A DNA stretch of 64,000 nt from Owenia fusiformis (taxonomy: Eukaryota). The stretch spans positions 45,012,001 through 45,076,000 of the forward strand of contig CAIIXF020000001.1 of the NCBI GenBank assembly GCA_903813345.2, written 5' to 3'. Positions within the stretch are counted from its first letter, which is position 1. Every line of letters begins with the position of its first letter. The position numbers and the translations under genes are program-made. Below the pieces are notes generated by a model. It saw only the letters and a program-made list of their open reading frames with translations. It was not told the origin of the DNA and did not search any database. This document shows positions 1 through 13,200 of this stretch, piece by piece.

Positions 1-229
1 TCGTTGCTAAGTCTGTGCATTTATTAATCTCTTGTGATAATGTATCACATGAAATCCCAATTTCGTTCAAATTGGGTCGTGAATCGCCAGAATACAGCGT
101 CTCCGATATCATCAATAACAACGGAATCTGAATTTGGAATAATTTACAAAGACAACGACATATGGTAAATTATTTAAAATTCAGATTCCTGTCATGGTTT
201 TTATTCCATACTTAGTAAAGATAAAACAG

Positions 230-1040
230 AAATTCTAGTGACCAGTTCATCTGGTTAAAATAACGAAATAATGAAATGTAACCATGTGTCTACTTACCAG
301 TTTGTTCAATGTCATCCATCCTGCTAGGTTACATTGTGCAACGCAGCCAAACACGACAATGAAGGCAACAACATATCGATATTGATCTTAGCAGAATTTT
401 GGGAAATTTAGATTGTCCATTTTGCAAGCTCACGTCACTGTCATGTGATACGTGTCTGATCATGTGACACGTGTCTGATCACGTGACTAGTTACTGTATC
501 GATCATGTGACTTAATGATGTGTCACCCAAACCATGTCTTCAAGGAAAACGGTAGTAAATATTTTTGAAAATGTTTTGCGAGCATTTTCTACTGATTATA
601 GAAGGCCCAATTACGCAATGAACGAAACTGCTAAATTGTTTTTCGTGCCTAACAGGCCCAGTACGACACGGATGAAACTGCTAGATTTTTAGTCTGCTTA
701 TTGATCTATTGATTCATAAAGACCTGAACTGATGCATTCAAGTAAGACCACCTCCTAAATGAAAACACTACACAAAAAGTGGTGAAAAACAAAGAACTAA
801 AGTTGAAAGATCGCAACGTTTGCTACTTTGTTCAATTCCGGAAATCTCTAAGGGGCTGCAAATCTAAAATTTTTTAGATTTAGATTTATAACCTCAGAGT
901 ACTGCCTTCAGTGTCGTGTTTGGCTGAGTTCCACAATGTAACCTAGCAGGATGGATGACATAGAACAAACTGATAAGAAGACACATGGTTACATTTCATT
1001 ATTTCATTATTTTAACCATATGAACTGGTCACTAGAATTT
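230..1040. repeat. ~138-bp inverted repeat pair (230-367 / 903-1040) flanking the putative MDC1 promoter
   Basis: AAATTCTAGTGACCAGTTCAT...AAACACGACAATGAAGGCA at 230-367 is the reverse complement, with scattered mismatches, of TGCCTTCAGTGTCGTGTTT...ATGAACTGGTCACTAGAATTT at 903-1040. Confidence 0.85.
430..512. promoter_or_regulatory. Cluster of E-box/CLEAR-like motifs (TCATGTGA, CACGTG, TCACGTGA)
   Basis: Three TCATGTGA, one TCACGTGA and one further CACGTG within ~75 bp, partly as an ~19-bp tandem repeat, upstream of MDC1. Confidence 0.5.
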
Positions 1041-1233
1041 AGATTTCAACTTTTCTCAATGATATTAAGTTTTTCTGTTTTCACATTTTATTCATGTTAC
1101 TTTATACAGTTTTGATTTCCAGTTGATAAAAATGACATGCATGTTATGTACTATCTGTTGATATCTTGATTGATTAAATTCTTGATTTCATTTACTAGGT
1201 CAAAGGTCATTGTAAATATTGGGGTTCGGAACC

Positions 1234-4200
1234 ATGGACTTTGACGCAACTCAAGCTGTAGACTTTGACTGTACACAGGCCATTGATGATTTCCCTGAGG
1301 AAGATTCCAAGCAGAACGTAAGTTTATGTGGGATGAAAATTCTTTGTACCTACAAGTTCTCTAATTACATAAGCTTTGAACAATTACATAATTTAGTACC
1401 AAACATGGCTTAGTTTGTAAAATATCATGAATTCAAATTCAAAAATGACTGTTAAATCCAAAGTGCACATGCGCATGATATCCACACAGAGTGTTTTCTG
1501 TGAAGCACCATCTGTATTGGGCGAGTAAGTTATTTCATAGAATAGATCATAGTTTGCATTCAGTTTGACATTTCAACCCTCTTCTATCTTAGAGACTATA
1601 ATATTGTAGGTTGGGAAATTGGTAGTTGCAGAACAAAAAGGATTCCCATTTACTGAGTTTGTACTGCAAAATGGTAAGTCTATTAATATAATACCATTCA
1701 TTGACTCCTCATGGTCATATCTTGTTATTTGGTCCACATGTTGGATAGTAATAATACAATATAAGTATGTTTCATACAATATAATTATGTTTCATCTATT
1801 GGTTAAAAGAAACAAATACTACTCATGCACGGTGACCAAGAGTTAACAGTGCAAATCGGCCCGGTCGTGTTTTTTTAAACTCTTTAGTCGTGTTTTGTAA
1901 GAACATGGGATGCGACATTCGATAGAATGGAGCAAAAAGGTAAGAATATTCTATATTTTACAAACTTACATATCTTGACTTCTACCTAAGATGTTCTTCT
2001 TCATACCCACGAATCTATTTTGGGGATAAATCCATCATACTTCATATCAATCGCAATTATATACCCAAAGTGCCAGAAATATGTACTTAATTTGCATTTA
2101 GTGTTATTTAATCAAGTTTAAACAGACAATCCATTCAACAACGTGGAATAATATTCACTACTCTAAAGATCGTGTAAATATTTTAACTGTATTTATCTTA
2201 AAATTGCCATAAATGACCGTAAATGTAGAAAGTGGAGTTAACTATGGAGAAGGGACAATATAACGTCAAGGACGTGTCTTATAATAAGCATGTTAACGTT
2301 TTGGAATTGTAAAGATAACGTTTTAGACGTGATAAAATTAACGACTTTGAATTGTCTTGTAATATTGTTCACATTGACCATGTTTTGTTGCTTAATAATG
2401 TGTCTGTGCTTCTGAAAATAATCGTATTAGTACTTTGAAGATAAGTGTTTGTACTACATGACTATTCACATATTTTGTAATTTCAGTTCCTCGGAATAAG
2501 TGCCACGCGTGCTCTTTCAAAAGCGCTCATAAGAACACTTTCCTTGAACATTATGAGAAGGTTCATCCGACTGATCTGTTCAGAATTGACATCCCTATCC
2601 ACGATCTAGTACTAAAATAAATTGAAAAACTAAATTCTTACTATCTCGTATTTCTGCTAGAAGTTAAAACTCAAAAAGTATCTTCTTAATCAATAATATA
2701 ATTTATAGTTTATGTTGGTTTTATAATAATTTGCGGGCCTAGTGCGACACCCACTATTAACCAGAAACAAATAGTATGCATTATTACACAAGCAGATCCC
2801 CACCATCTGTTCATGTATTAGTATAAAACACGGGAATATACATTATGTGTCACCCGTTTATTGTAATTTGAAGTCAAGATATGAATAAATAAGAATAAAT
2901 AAAAAAGACACATATATGATTTAACAAGATCAACAGATGTTGTAATTTAATTCGCTAGAAAACTATGTTACAGTACAGTTCATAGATCACTCATAGAACG
3001 ATAGCAGCATATGTAGCGTTTTTTACCTATTGCAATTTGAAAATTAAAATTGAAATTGTATTGCATTGTGTGAGGCGAATTAGGGAATAACATCGAATCA
3101 AATTGTTAAAAATCCTGAGGCAAACCTAATAGATATTGAGCATACGGTTTTAATAACGGTGGAGTTATTCCTTACATTAGGTTATCATATATATGCATTT
3201 ACATGTAGTGCATCACAAACTAAACATTTCCTCTCATTTTAAATAAATTTATTTACGTTCATGACAGGGAAAAGTGAGTTTAAGGCCAATAGGGACGTTT
3301 TAAAATGTATTTGAGGCAAATTCAAAAATAGCAACGAGCCATTTAATGAGCGACAGGGCAATTAAAAAATAATATGACTGGTAAAATTTTCAAAATGACG
3401 AGCGACGAGGCAAAGCTCGCTTGCATTAACTATGCGTGTCTGATTCTAACCATTTTGATTTAAGTATCAAATTCGGTAGTGATCCCATAGATCAATCTTG
3501 ACATATTATGTCGTACATTTGATTATTGTTAATCATTTATAATTAAGATAGTGTCACTCAGACAACAACTTCTTCCACATTGTGATCATTTTTTGGGAAA
3601 TACATAATGTTAATTGTGCTGTTTCCCACTTCCAAATCGTTAAACCTCAATGTCTCTACACGTCTAGAACGTTTCACTAACAGGTCAACGTCATTAACCG
3701 CAATCTTTTCAACACGTCTAAAGAGTTTAATCTAAAAAATATTATTCGGTCAATTGCTACTTATTTAAGCTCTTCTAACTTTTGATTTTCGCACATATTG
3801 TGACTGCTTTCCTTATGAATCGATGTATTCATTGAATACAAGTCAGGCAAGTGATTTTCAGGCAAAAATATGTATAACACTGACAGAATTGCTCATTTCC
3901 CGATATAACAAGACTATAGCATACGATTCGTGCAAATAACACGTTTACGAATACCTGAAGTTAAGATATATAGTATGGAAAGCAATATAAATTACTTACT
4001 TTTACATAAAGTCAAGTGACAGCAATTTCATGACCATATTTATCAACCTACCTCTCAAATTTTCAAAAAACACGACTACAGAGTTTAAAAAAACACGACC
4101 GGGCCGATTTGCACTGTTAACTCTTGGTCACCGTGTCATGTGTGCTATTCAATTATATTGTATGCAAGCCATAATCAATGCTATGTTTTAGTCACATGAC

Positions 4201-7200
4201 GACAGACCTAACTGTCAGAAAATTATGTTGTTTTTATAGGAGAAAAGTATGTGATAGGAAGAAATGTTAAAGCAGATATTCAAATACCTCTTAAGGTGAG
4301 TGAATTGCTATATTAATTCTTTTCAAATTTTGGCTGAAATTGACTTACACTCTTTCTTTACTTTAATGTTTAGAAATAATCACATAGTTGAAATTGAAAA
4401 TGCACATAAAGTGTATTGACATTGATCACCAATTGTCATACATTTAAAGCACTTTATGGGGCTATGTTATTTCCCTATATTAAAGTGTGAAATACAGGTG
4501 AACAATTACTGACTTCCATTTAGAACAATATATACCTGATTGTTTAAGGGTCTGTCTAAAGAGCACTGCTGCATTGAAGTGAAGGATGGAGTCACTCTTA
4601 TATGGGACATGGAAAGCAGGAACAAGACCCGCAGAAACAAAGTGAGAAACAGATGAATCATAATGTCAAAATACTAAAACATTCAAATGGTCTCAATAGT
4701 AAATAATCAGTTAATAGCACAAATTAAAAGGTTCATCAGAAGCACAATAAGCATGAAAGCAAGTGCTGATATACTAACAATAATACATGATACATACTGT
4801 ATGTACATCTTAGAAACCATATTGTTTTACTTGGTTACATATTCAAGACCAGGGTAAACCCATTTTCATATAAGCAAATACTTATGCAAGTTTTATGATC
4901 AAACAATGAAATCAAACTGAATAAGAACACTCCATTCTCTATATGTTTTAACAGATTTGCCATTGGAAATAAAAGAAGATAGTATTAGTTTTTACACTGA
5001 AGGTATATACAATACGTACTCTATTGATTCTATTATTTTTTAAATTGTAGATGGTACTCAGTCCAAATGTCCGCTATGAGCTGCAGAATAACAATAAACT
5101 AGTATTTGGAGATGTGAATGCCACCTTTTTGGAAATAAAAGAGGTTTGAATATTATCTGTGTATAAATTCTTTTCTATTTATTAACCTTAGAGACATGGT
5201 TAATTAACTCATTGCTGATCATCCCCGAGATATTTCGTCTATGACGTCATAATCGTATCTGACCAACTCCAAGATATCTCGGGTTGCTGTCCATTGATTG
5301 TCACATAATCTATACCAATTATCTTACCAAATATTGTAGGGATTACTAGGGGAACATGGTTGGGTGCAATTGAAATATATTGTCATTGGCTTCACAAATG
5401 ACATAAAAAGTAACACAAAGGGTGTTCATACAGTCCATTTTATGCTAACGTGAAAATGTGCAATTTTTCTCAATTTTCCATCAAAATTGCCAGCCACCAG
5501 CATAAAACCTCCAAAAATAGCTTTGGTCAGCAATGAGTTAATGCTGTCTTATCCTAAGACATCATTAAAGAGAGAATCAGAGATAGCGAGTAGGCTAAAC
5601 AAAAAATTGTTTCAATTTTAGAATATTTTTGGCTCATGTCATTCCTTGTCATGTCTATTTTCTAAAAATCACAAAAGTGCATACTTTATTCAAGGAAAAC
5701 AAAAGATTTTTACAATAATGTATTATTTTTCTATAAGAATGGTTACCATTCTTATTATTTGGAAGAATTTAAACACTTTTCACTCATTTTCGCACTTTGA
5801 ATCATTAATAACTTCACCAATTTATAACATATCGTGAATCTTTTGGGAGATATTGTATTTGATATTGTAAGGAATACATTGGTAGGTCGATTATGCATGT
5901 TGCTTGTAATTTTGTCACCCCCTATAGATCTGATTCTGCCTTTAACTGAATGTTAACTTGACATCCTAGCTAAACATTTATTGATCATTTCAAATTAAAA
6001 CTAAAACTTAATGGGATTCTCCCCTCAGCCGCTAACTTGGTTATATATTTGACTGTCATAAGACAGATATGATTTAAAGTTTTTTATTTCGATGGATGCA
6101 TAAAACTTTGCATAATTTGTTTCCAGGCAACAGATGATGGTTCTGATACAGATTCCGATTTGTCTGAGATTCTTGATTCAACACAGGTGACAATTCTTTA
6201 CATTGCCGCCACACTCTAGGCAGATATGCACTTCTCAGTTCTTTAATCATTTTAGCAATAACATTTGAACTAAACACATATACTACATTTCTAAGATATT
6301 AAATGGCTGTTGTTACCAATTATCACATGTTTTAGCATGTTAAACAGGAAATATTCCATGAAAGGTAACATTGAAACATATGATGACGATTTTATCACGC
6401 GTCTAGGAGCTTTTAAGCATTTTGATTTGGTCATTTGTGATTGTGGGTAGTCTGCCCTGGTAATTTTGATGCTGTTTAAAACTGCATATAATCAGTGACG
6501 TAGTGATACAGTCCACCATCTCGCATGAAAATGAGTCATGTGCCTTTTGATACGGAATATGCATCATCACAATTGACCAATCAAAATGCTTAGAAACTCC
6601 TAACCATGTGATAAAAAGTAATGAAACATGTTTTTGCTTTTATCTGAATCCTAATTATAGTTCAGCACTGCATGCATTTCACGATCTTGCTTCTTGATGT
6701 AGGGTTTCCATACAAACAACAAGTCTTCCACACAGACCCCTACAACAGCACTAAATAAGCCACCCCTGATACTCGAAACACCTGCAGTTCAGTTAGCAAA
6801 GAAAGGTGCCCTTTTTATATTGTTTTCAATAAATATTCAACGTAAGATAATCAACCTATTATAACATGCACTTTAAAAAGAATCCTAAAACACTCCAGAT
6901 GGTACATATAACAGTAAAACCTGTGTATATTGAACATAAAATTGCTGAGAAAAAGGTTCAGTGTTAGTAGGTGTTCACTACAGAGAGGATGATTTATAAA
7001 TAAGACGATAGAGTATGTGCGGAGGAAGGGTGTCCACTAGAGACGAATGTTCACTAGAGAGAGGTGTTCACTAATTCAGGTTTTACTCTATATGTACATT
7101 GTGAAGTCAGAGGTAGATTCAAGCTAAGTTTACACTCGCTCAGATTTGGTTTTTATGATATGGATCACAAAATAGCTAAATATGTATTGTAAATGTTTTC

Positions 7201-10200
7201 TATAGAATCATCTGAGTATGTCTTAGCTGCTGACTCTGATTCAGAGGAGCCAATAGTGGACCAGACTCTGATCATGTATGATGACACAGATGCTATCCCT
7301 GCAACACAGGCTTATGAAGAGGGTGAGGGATCAAAAAAAATTTAAACAGTGTGATTTTAACCTCATTCTACACTGCTATATTATCCAAACACTCTTATTA
7401 ATAACATCAGACTTTGGATTGGACGTTTTTGTGGGAAAATTGTTCTCATTGAAATTTATTTTCACACTTTTACTTTTAAACAAAATGGCGTTTTACTTGT
7501 ACAAAGCACCATGCAACTGAATTAATTTTTGTGTAGAATTAAAGTAAAAAAGATAATGAATTTATTTTTGTGTAGAATTAAAGTAAAAAAGATAAAATTA
7601 AGGTATGAAGTTTTGTATTTACTAATTTCCAACCATAAGATAGATGGATGAGACAACTGCGTACTGTATATGGTATATTTACTCCTGAATGCCTCCATGA
7701 ATGATGGAAATTGATAAATTTTTAAAATGAAAAAGATCATGAAAAAATTAAAGTAAAAAAAATGAAAGTCATCTATGGTATCTTTTTGACAACTCTTACA
7801 TCAGTATTCAAGCCCATTTTAAAAAATGTTTAGAAATATGAAAAACCTGGTCTTGTTGGATTGTTTAAATTATGAAACTACCTGTAAGCTCAGACAAGAA
7901 ACACACTGAGAATTTTTTGTTCTTCCTTCAGATGATTGTGAGCCCAATAAATCTGGTCTGTTTGAAGCCACTCAACCTTACAGTAGACATCCAGCTGTTG
8001 ATGATTCTGATGAGGAAGCTAACAGTTCAGAGTCTGACATCTTTGATAATCCAGACTCCATCCAGAATGTATGTAAAAAAGCCATCTTATGGCAAAGTAT
8101 TGACACAACTTATTATTGCCTTTTTCAAAATATTTAGAGATAGCCTTTGAACTATAAACAAATAATATAAGTTCAAGAAGTATCTAACCTCCCATTTTAT
8201 GGTAAAGTTGTCTTCAATATAATTAACATGTCAGTTTAAAACAAATTAAATCTTTAGGTATAATGATACTCACATATGTAAACATGCCTAATACAGACTA
8301 AATATCTCATTAACTTCATCAAATTTGACTTTTATTACATCATGTTTTTCTTTGTTGATTTTCAGGACAGCAAAACATTTGAGGCCACACAGGCTTATGG
8401 CAGAACCCCTCAGAAAGTAGACCCCATAGATTCCACTCAAATATTAGATGACAGCTTTGAAAATATTCCACAAACTCGCAAATCTGAACAACCAGATGAG
8501 ACTCAGTATGAACTAGATGAGAATGAGACTCAGGCATTTGATGATTCAACTGATTTTAAAATGCCTAAATTACCAGGTCAAAAGAATGAAAAAGAAAGTG
8601 AACAGACACAATATGTTCTCGCAGAAGATGCTACTCAGTTAATGGATGGAGGTGCAGAATCCCCGATATACAAAAGCACCCCATTAATATCCACAAAATC
8701 TGATACACAGTATGAGTTAGCGGATGATGCTACACAAGCTATGAATTCTGGTCCTGCACCTCTGGTGTCTAAGCTAAATTCCACCATCAAACAAACGTCT
8801 GAATCTGATGAACAAAATAATGCAGCTGAAGATGATGCAAATGCTCCAACTCTAATGGTAGAGGATTTGGATGTTTTTAAAATGCCAACACCAGTATTTA
8901 ACAGCAGAACAAAGCCTAAAGTATCCATTATTCCCCCTGTAGTAGAAGCTACAACAGAAATTGATGACATTGAAGAAACTCAAGCATATGAAGATGATGG
9001 GCCAACACAGCCCTTTGATGAGGAGGTTAATCCAACTGAGTCAGAAAATGTCACAACCAAAGAAGATGATAAAAGTGGTGCAACTGATGAACACAAAATG
9101 GCTGCAGCACACTCAGATGATGATGCCACACAAGCTTTTGAAGATGACCTCGAGATGGAAAACCATAATGAACCGAAGGAAAATAATGTAAAGAATGATA
9201 ATGACAATGAAGAGGATGATCTTGATGAAACTCAGGGGTTTGATGATTCAGATTTTCCAAATGCTCCAACGTTTATTCCAAATGGATCACCTTCAAAGAA
9301 ATCAACTCCTAAAAGAGATGAAACAAATGAAGATGCATCTGATTCAGTTAATGATGCCAATGCTCCAACACTAGCAATAAGTGAAGTACTCAATGAAAAG
9401 GCAACTCCAGAAATAGAAGACAGTGATGAGGAATCAAGCGATGATGAATCTTTGCTTCTTCCTCAGGTTAACTCTGACTTACCAACAGTAATTTCAGATA
9501 AAACAGAAAATAGTGACTCAAAGGAAAAAGACCAAGATCACATTGGAATAAATGAAGAAAGTAAAGATGAGGAGGGAGACACTCAACCCATAGTAGACTT
9601 GGATATTCCTCAATCAACTAAAACTGCTACTGCTAATGATCTGGATGAAGATGGTGAAACACAACCAATTGAAGAGGAGCTGGTCCCTGCTACAGTTAAT
9701 TCCAATGCTGAAGATAAAGAGGAAATAAATAATGTTACAAATATAGATTCTAATGAACTTAATGAAGATGATGAGACTCAACCAATAGATGAAGACACTG
9801 ACACTGTGGCAAAAGAAATTATAACAGAAGAGGCGAAAGATGAGACACAACCAATACACGAGCCTACTACATCAACTACTGACCCAACGCAATTAATTGA
9901 AACTCAGCTTATGGATGAAATAAGTGACATACCTCAAGTTAGAATAAGTCCTTATAATGATGCCATTACACCAGTAAAACAAACAGAAGGTCCAAGAAGA
10001 TCATGTCGAGAAAGAAAGTCAACAAATCTAGGTGATTTTTTACAACCAGAAAAGCCAGTTAGAAAGTCTAATAGAAAGTCAAAATCACCTGAACCTGCTG
10101 AAACTATATCACCTCTTACTAAAGAGGAACTTCAGGCCACCCAGGCATATGGAAGTGACTCACCAGTAAAGCAGCCTGTAAAACCCAATAAAAGAGGAGA

Positions 10201-13200
10201 CAAAGATGATAATGTAAGTGCAGCTAAAGACACCTCATCAAGACGAACACTCGGGAACAAGATTACAAAACTGTCGAAGGTTGAACCTGTTGAACTCAGT
10301 CCTGTTAAAGTACAAACACCAAATAAGAACTTAGCTGAAACTCAAGCATATGGAGATTCTGATGATGCTACTCAAGCTTATGGGGCAAGCCCAATTAAAG
10401 CACCTCTAACTCCAGAAACAAATACCAGTCCCTCAACCACTAGGAGAAGCCATGTATTTGGGAAAATGAACTCGACTGAAACACCAACAAAAAATGCAGT
10501 TGAGGAAAAAGAACTGGTACCTGTAGGTGACAAAAACACAAGAGCAAGAAAATCAAATTTAGGACAAAATGAAGCAAGTGTGGAGACTAAGCCAAAAGAA
10601 ATAGCAGAGGAAGCTCCTCTGAGTAAAAGAAAGTCAACAAGAGGAAGACAATTTATTAAGAAAGAAGATAAAGAAACTAGTCATGAAGAGACTGCTGAAG
10701 TGTTAGCTAATGTTCCAAATGAAAAAGGTGCTAGAAATTCTAAAATTACCTTAGAAGATGCAAATAAAGTAACGAAGAAGCCACCAAAACCGCCGACTAA
10801 GTCAAAAACCACCACAAACTCAAAAAATGATTCTGTGCCAAGTGAAGTTAAAGACACTGAAGTACCAGTGAGAAAAAGTAAGAGAAGTACAGGTGTTCCT
10901 TCCAAGGTGGATACGGGTAGAGATGACATTGATACAGATGATACTGAATCAGTATCATCAGAGGCATCTGAACCAAGACGAAGTGGCAGAGTCAGGAAAA
11001 GTATTATTCCAGTTGAGGAGAGTGGAAAAAAAGGAACGAGGGGATCCAAGCGTAATAGATCAGCGGATAGTGTCTCTGTAACTTCAGAAACCTCTGAGCC
11101 TAGTAAGAGATCTAGAAGATTGACAGAGATGAAACCCGTGTCTAAAGATGAACCCAAAAGATCTTCATCAAGGGGTAAAAAAACTGAAGTTGAAGATGAC
11201 AAACCTGCTGAAACTTTAAGTACAACCAGAGGATCAAGAAGTAAGAAAATTAGAATTGAAGATGATGAGTCAGTTGAAAAAATTACTAGTACAACCAGGG
11301 GAGCAAGGACTAATAAAAAAACTGATATAGAGAAAGAAAAATTAGTTGAGACAACTAAAGGATCAAGGAGTAAGAAAGCCAAAGTTGAAGATGAGTCTAA
11401 TGAAGAATTCACTTGTATGACTAGGGGATCACGAAGTACAAAAACTGAAAATAAAGATGATGAGCCAGTTGAGACAACTAGTAAGGCTACTAGAGGATCA
11501 AGAAGTAAAAAGATTAAAGTCGAGGATGATGAACCAGTTAAAGAAATTACCAGTACAACCAAAGGATCAAAAAGTAAAATCACCGAAGTTGAAAATGACA
11601 AGTCAGTTGAAACAATGAGTACAACTACAAGAGGAACGAGAAGTAAAAAGATTAAAGTTGAAGAGGAGCCCAATGAAAACACCACCAGTTCAACCAGGGG
11701 ATCAAGAAGTAAAAAGGCTGCAGAGGACAGTAAAACAGAGAAAAGTGGAACGTCAAGTAAAACGTGTAGAGTGAATAAAGACATTGACGATGAAGAAAAC
11801 ATTTCTTCTTTAAGCAATACAAGTGAAAATAATAATGAGACTAAAGTTGAATCAGTAGTAATATCTAAATCAACTCGAGGGAAACGTGGTGCTCAGAAAG
11901 AACTTAGTGAGGAAGTTCAGGTTAAAAAAGGGAAAAAAGGTAAGATATTTGTTCAACAATCTTGAGGAAATCTTTTTTGTAAGAAACTAAAAATTTTCTC
12001 TTAATTTATGTTGATTTGTTAACTTTAGATTGCTACATACTTTAGATAGTACATGTATATTATTAACGTCCTAGAGGTTCATCTTTACATGAAAATAGGT
12101 TCATATATGAATTCTCAGTTATCCCCTTCCTTTACAGCTGTATTTTTACAAAAATATTCAATAGGTGACTGTCACAATACAATAATTGATTAACCCTTAA
12201 ATTTGAAGCCCTCCTCCAAATGTAGTTTTAATTATAAAATACATTATTTACTGTCATAAATCCTATAGATGGGATTAAGCTAGAGGCTCAAGTAAAGTTA
12301 GAAGAGGCCCCCAAGGCAAGGTCATCCAGAGGGAGGAAGTCGGAGATGCCACCCCCTGCTCCAGCTGCTACTGGCAAAGTGAGGAGACAGAGATCTGCAG
12401 ACAGCATCTCCAGCAGTCAGGTAATTAGATGTTACAATTAAGTTAGCATAAATAAGGGTTATGTACTGGGAGGTTTTGGATATGGGGTTTATCCAGAGGG
12501 AGATATGCATATCTACCCGAGGGACCATAGGGACCGAAGGTAGATGTGCATATCTCACGAGGGATGAACCCAATATCCAAACCGTCTGTACATAACTGCT
12601 TTATCCTATACCAAGTAGAGTTTTCAGGGGCATATGGCCATTTCAATAGTGCAAGGTGTAAAAATAAACAAATAATTCATATGCAAAGTCATTTTATTGC
12701 TTTTTCACTTTTAAATTTTAAATACATTGATAACTTTTTGAAATACAAAAGTGTTGTTTAACAATTAGCGGGATCAGATGTCCAGATATAACCCTTTTTT
12801 TGTTCGGCTTTTTCAGGAAAGCAACAAACTTGGCACATTTGTAGAAACATATGATTTGAGTGGAAAATGATTTCAGGGCAAGTGGTTGGGGGTGGTCTTC
12901 ATGGATTTTTTTACCTCTGACCCCCACCCCTATCAGGTGGGGAGGGGTAAATTATAAAAAATAAATAAAAATGGTTTCAAAGTATTTTTGTTTAAATGAC
13001 TTCATTTGGTGATTGCTTTGAGCCTTGAAATGATGTAAAATTCATTTTAGAAGTGGTATTTAGTGAGGAAAATACATTTTAACCCAATTATCAAGGAGAA
13101 ATTCATTATTTAAAGGGCCAAATATGGGACGTCCATTACTGTATTTCAAGAATGTGATGAATAATAGTCTTTAAAAAATTCACAGTAATAGAAGTATAAG

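Noticed and set aside
1..320. Divergent minus-strand protein-coding gene
   Set aside because: The MDDIEQT exon spliced to the acceptor near 128 hits a stop after ~34 aa, and the window ends too early to build a model.
1828..1870. True 12/23 recombination signal sequence
   Set aside because: Only a heptamer-like CACGGTG is present, with no ACAAAAACC nonamer at 12 or 23 bp, and both ends are symmetric.
3558..3731. 57-codon minus-strand frame (IKLFRRVEK...VEEVVV) as a convergent RAG2-like gene
   Set aside because: No kelch or PHD features and no convincing upstream in-frame exon; cannot be supported without homology search.
10681..11817. 378-aa hydrophobic minus-strand ORF
   Set aside because: Antisense shadow of the repetitive K/E/S/T-rich MDC1 exon.
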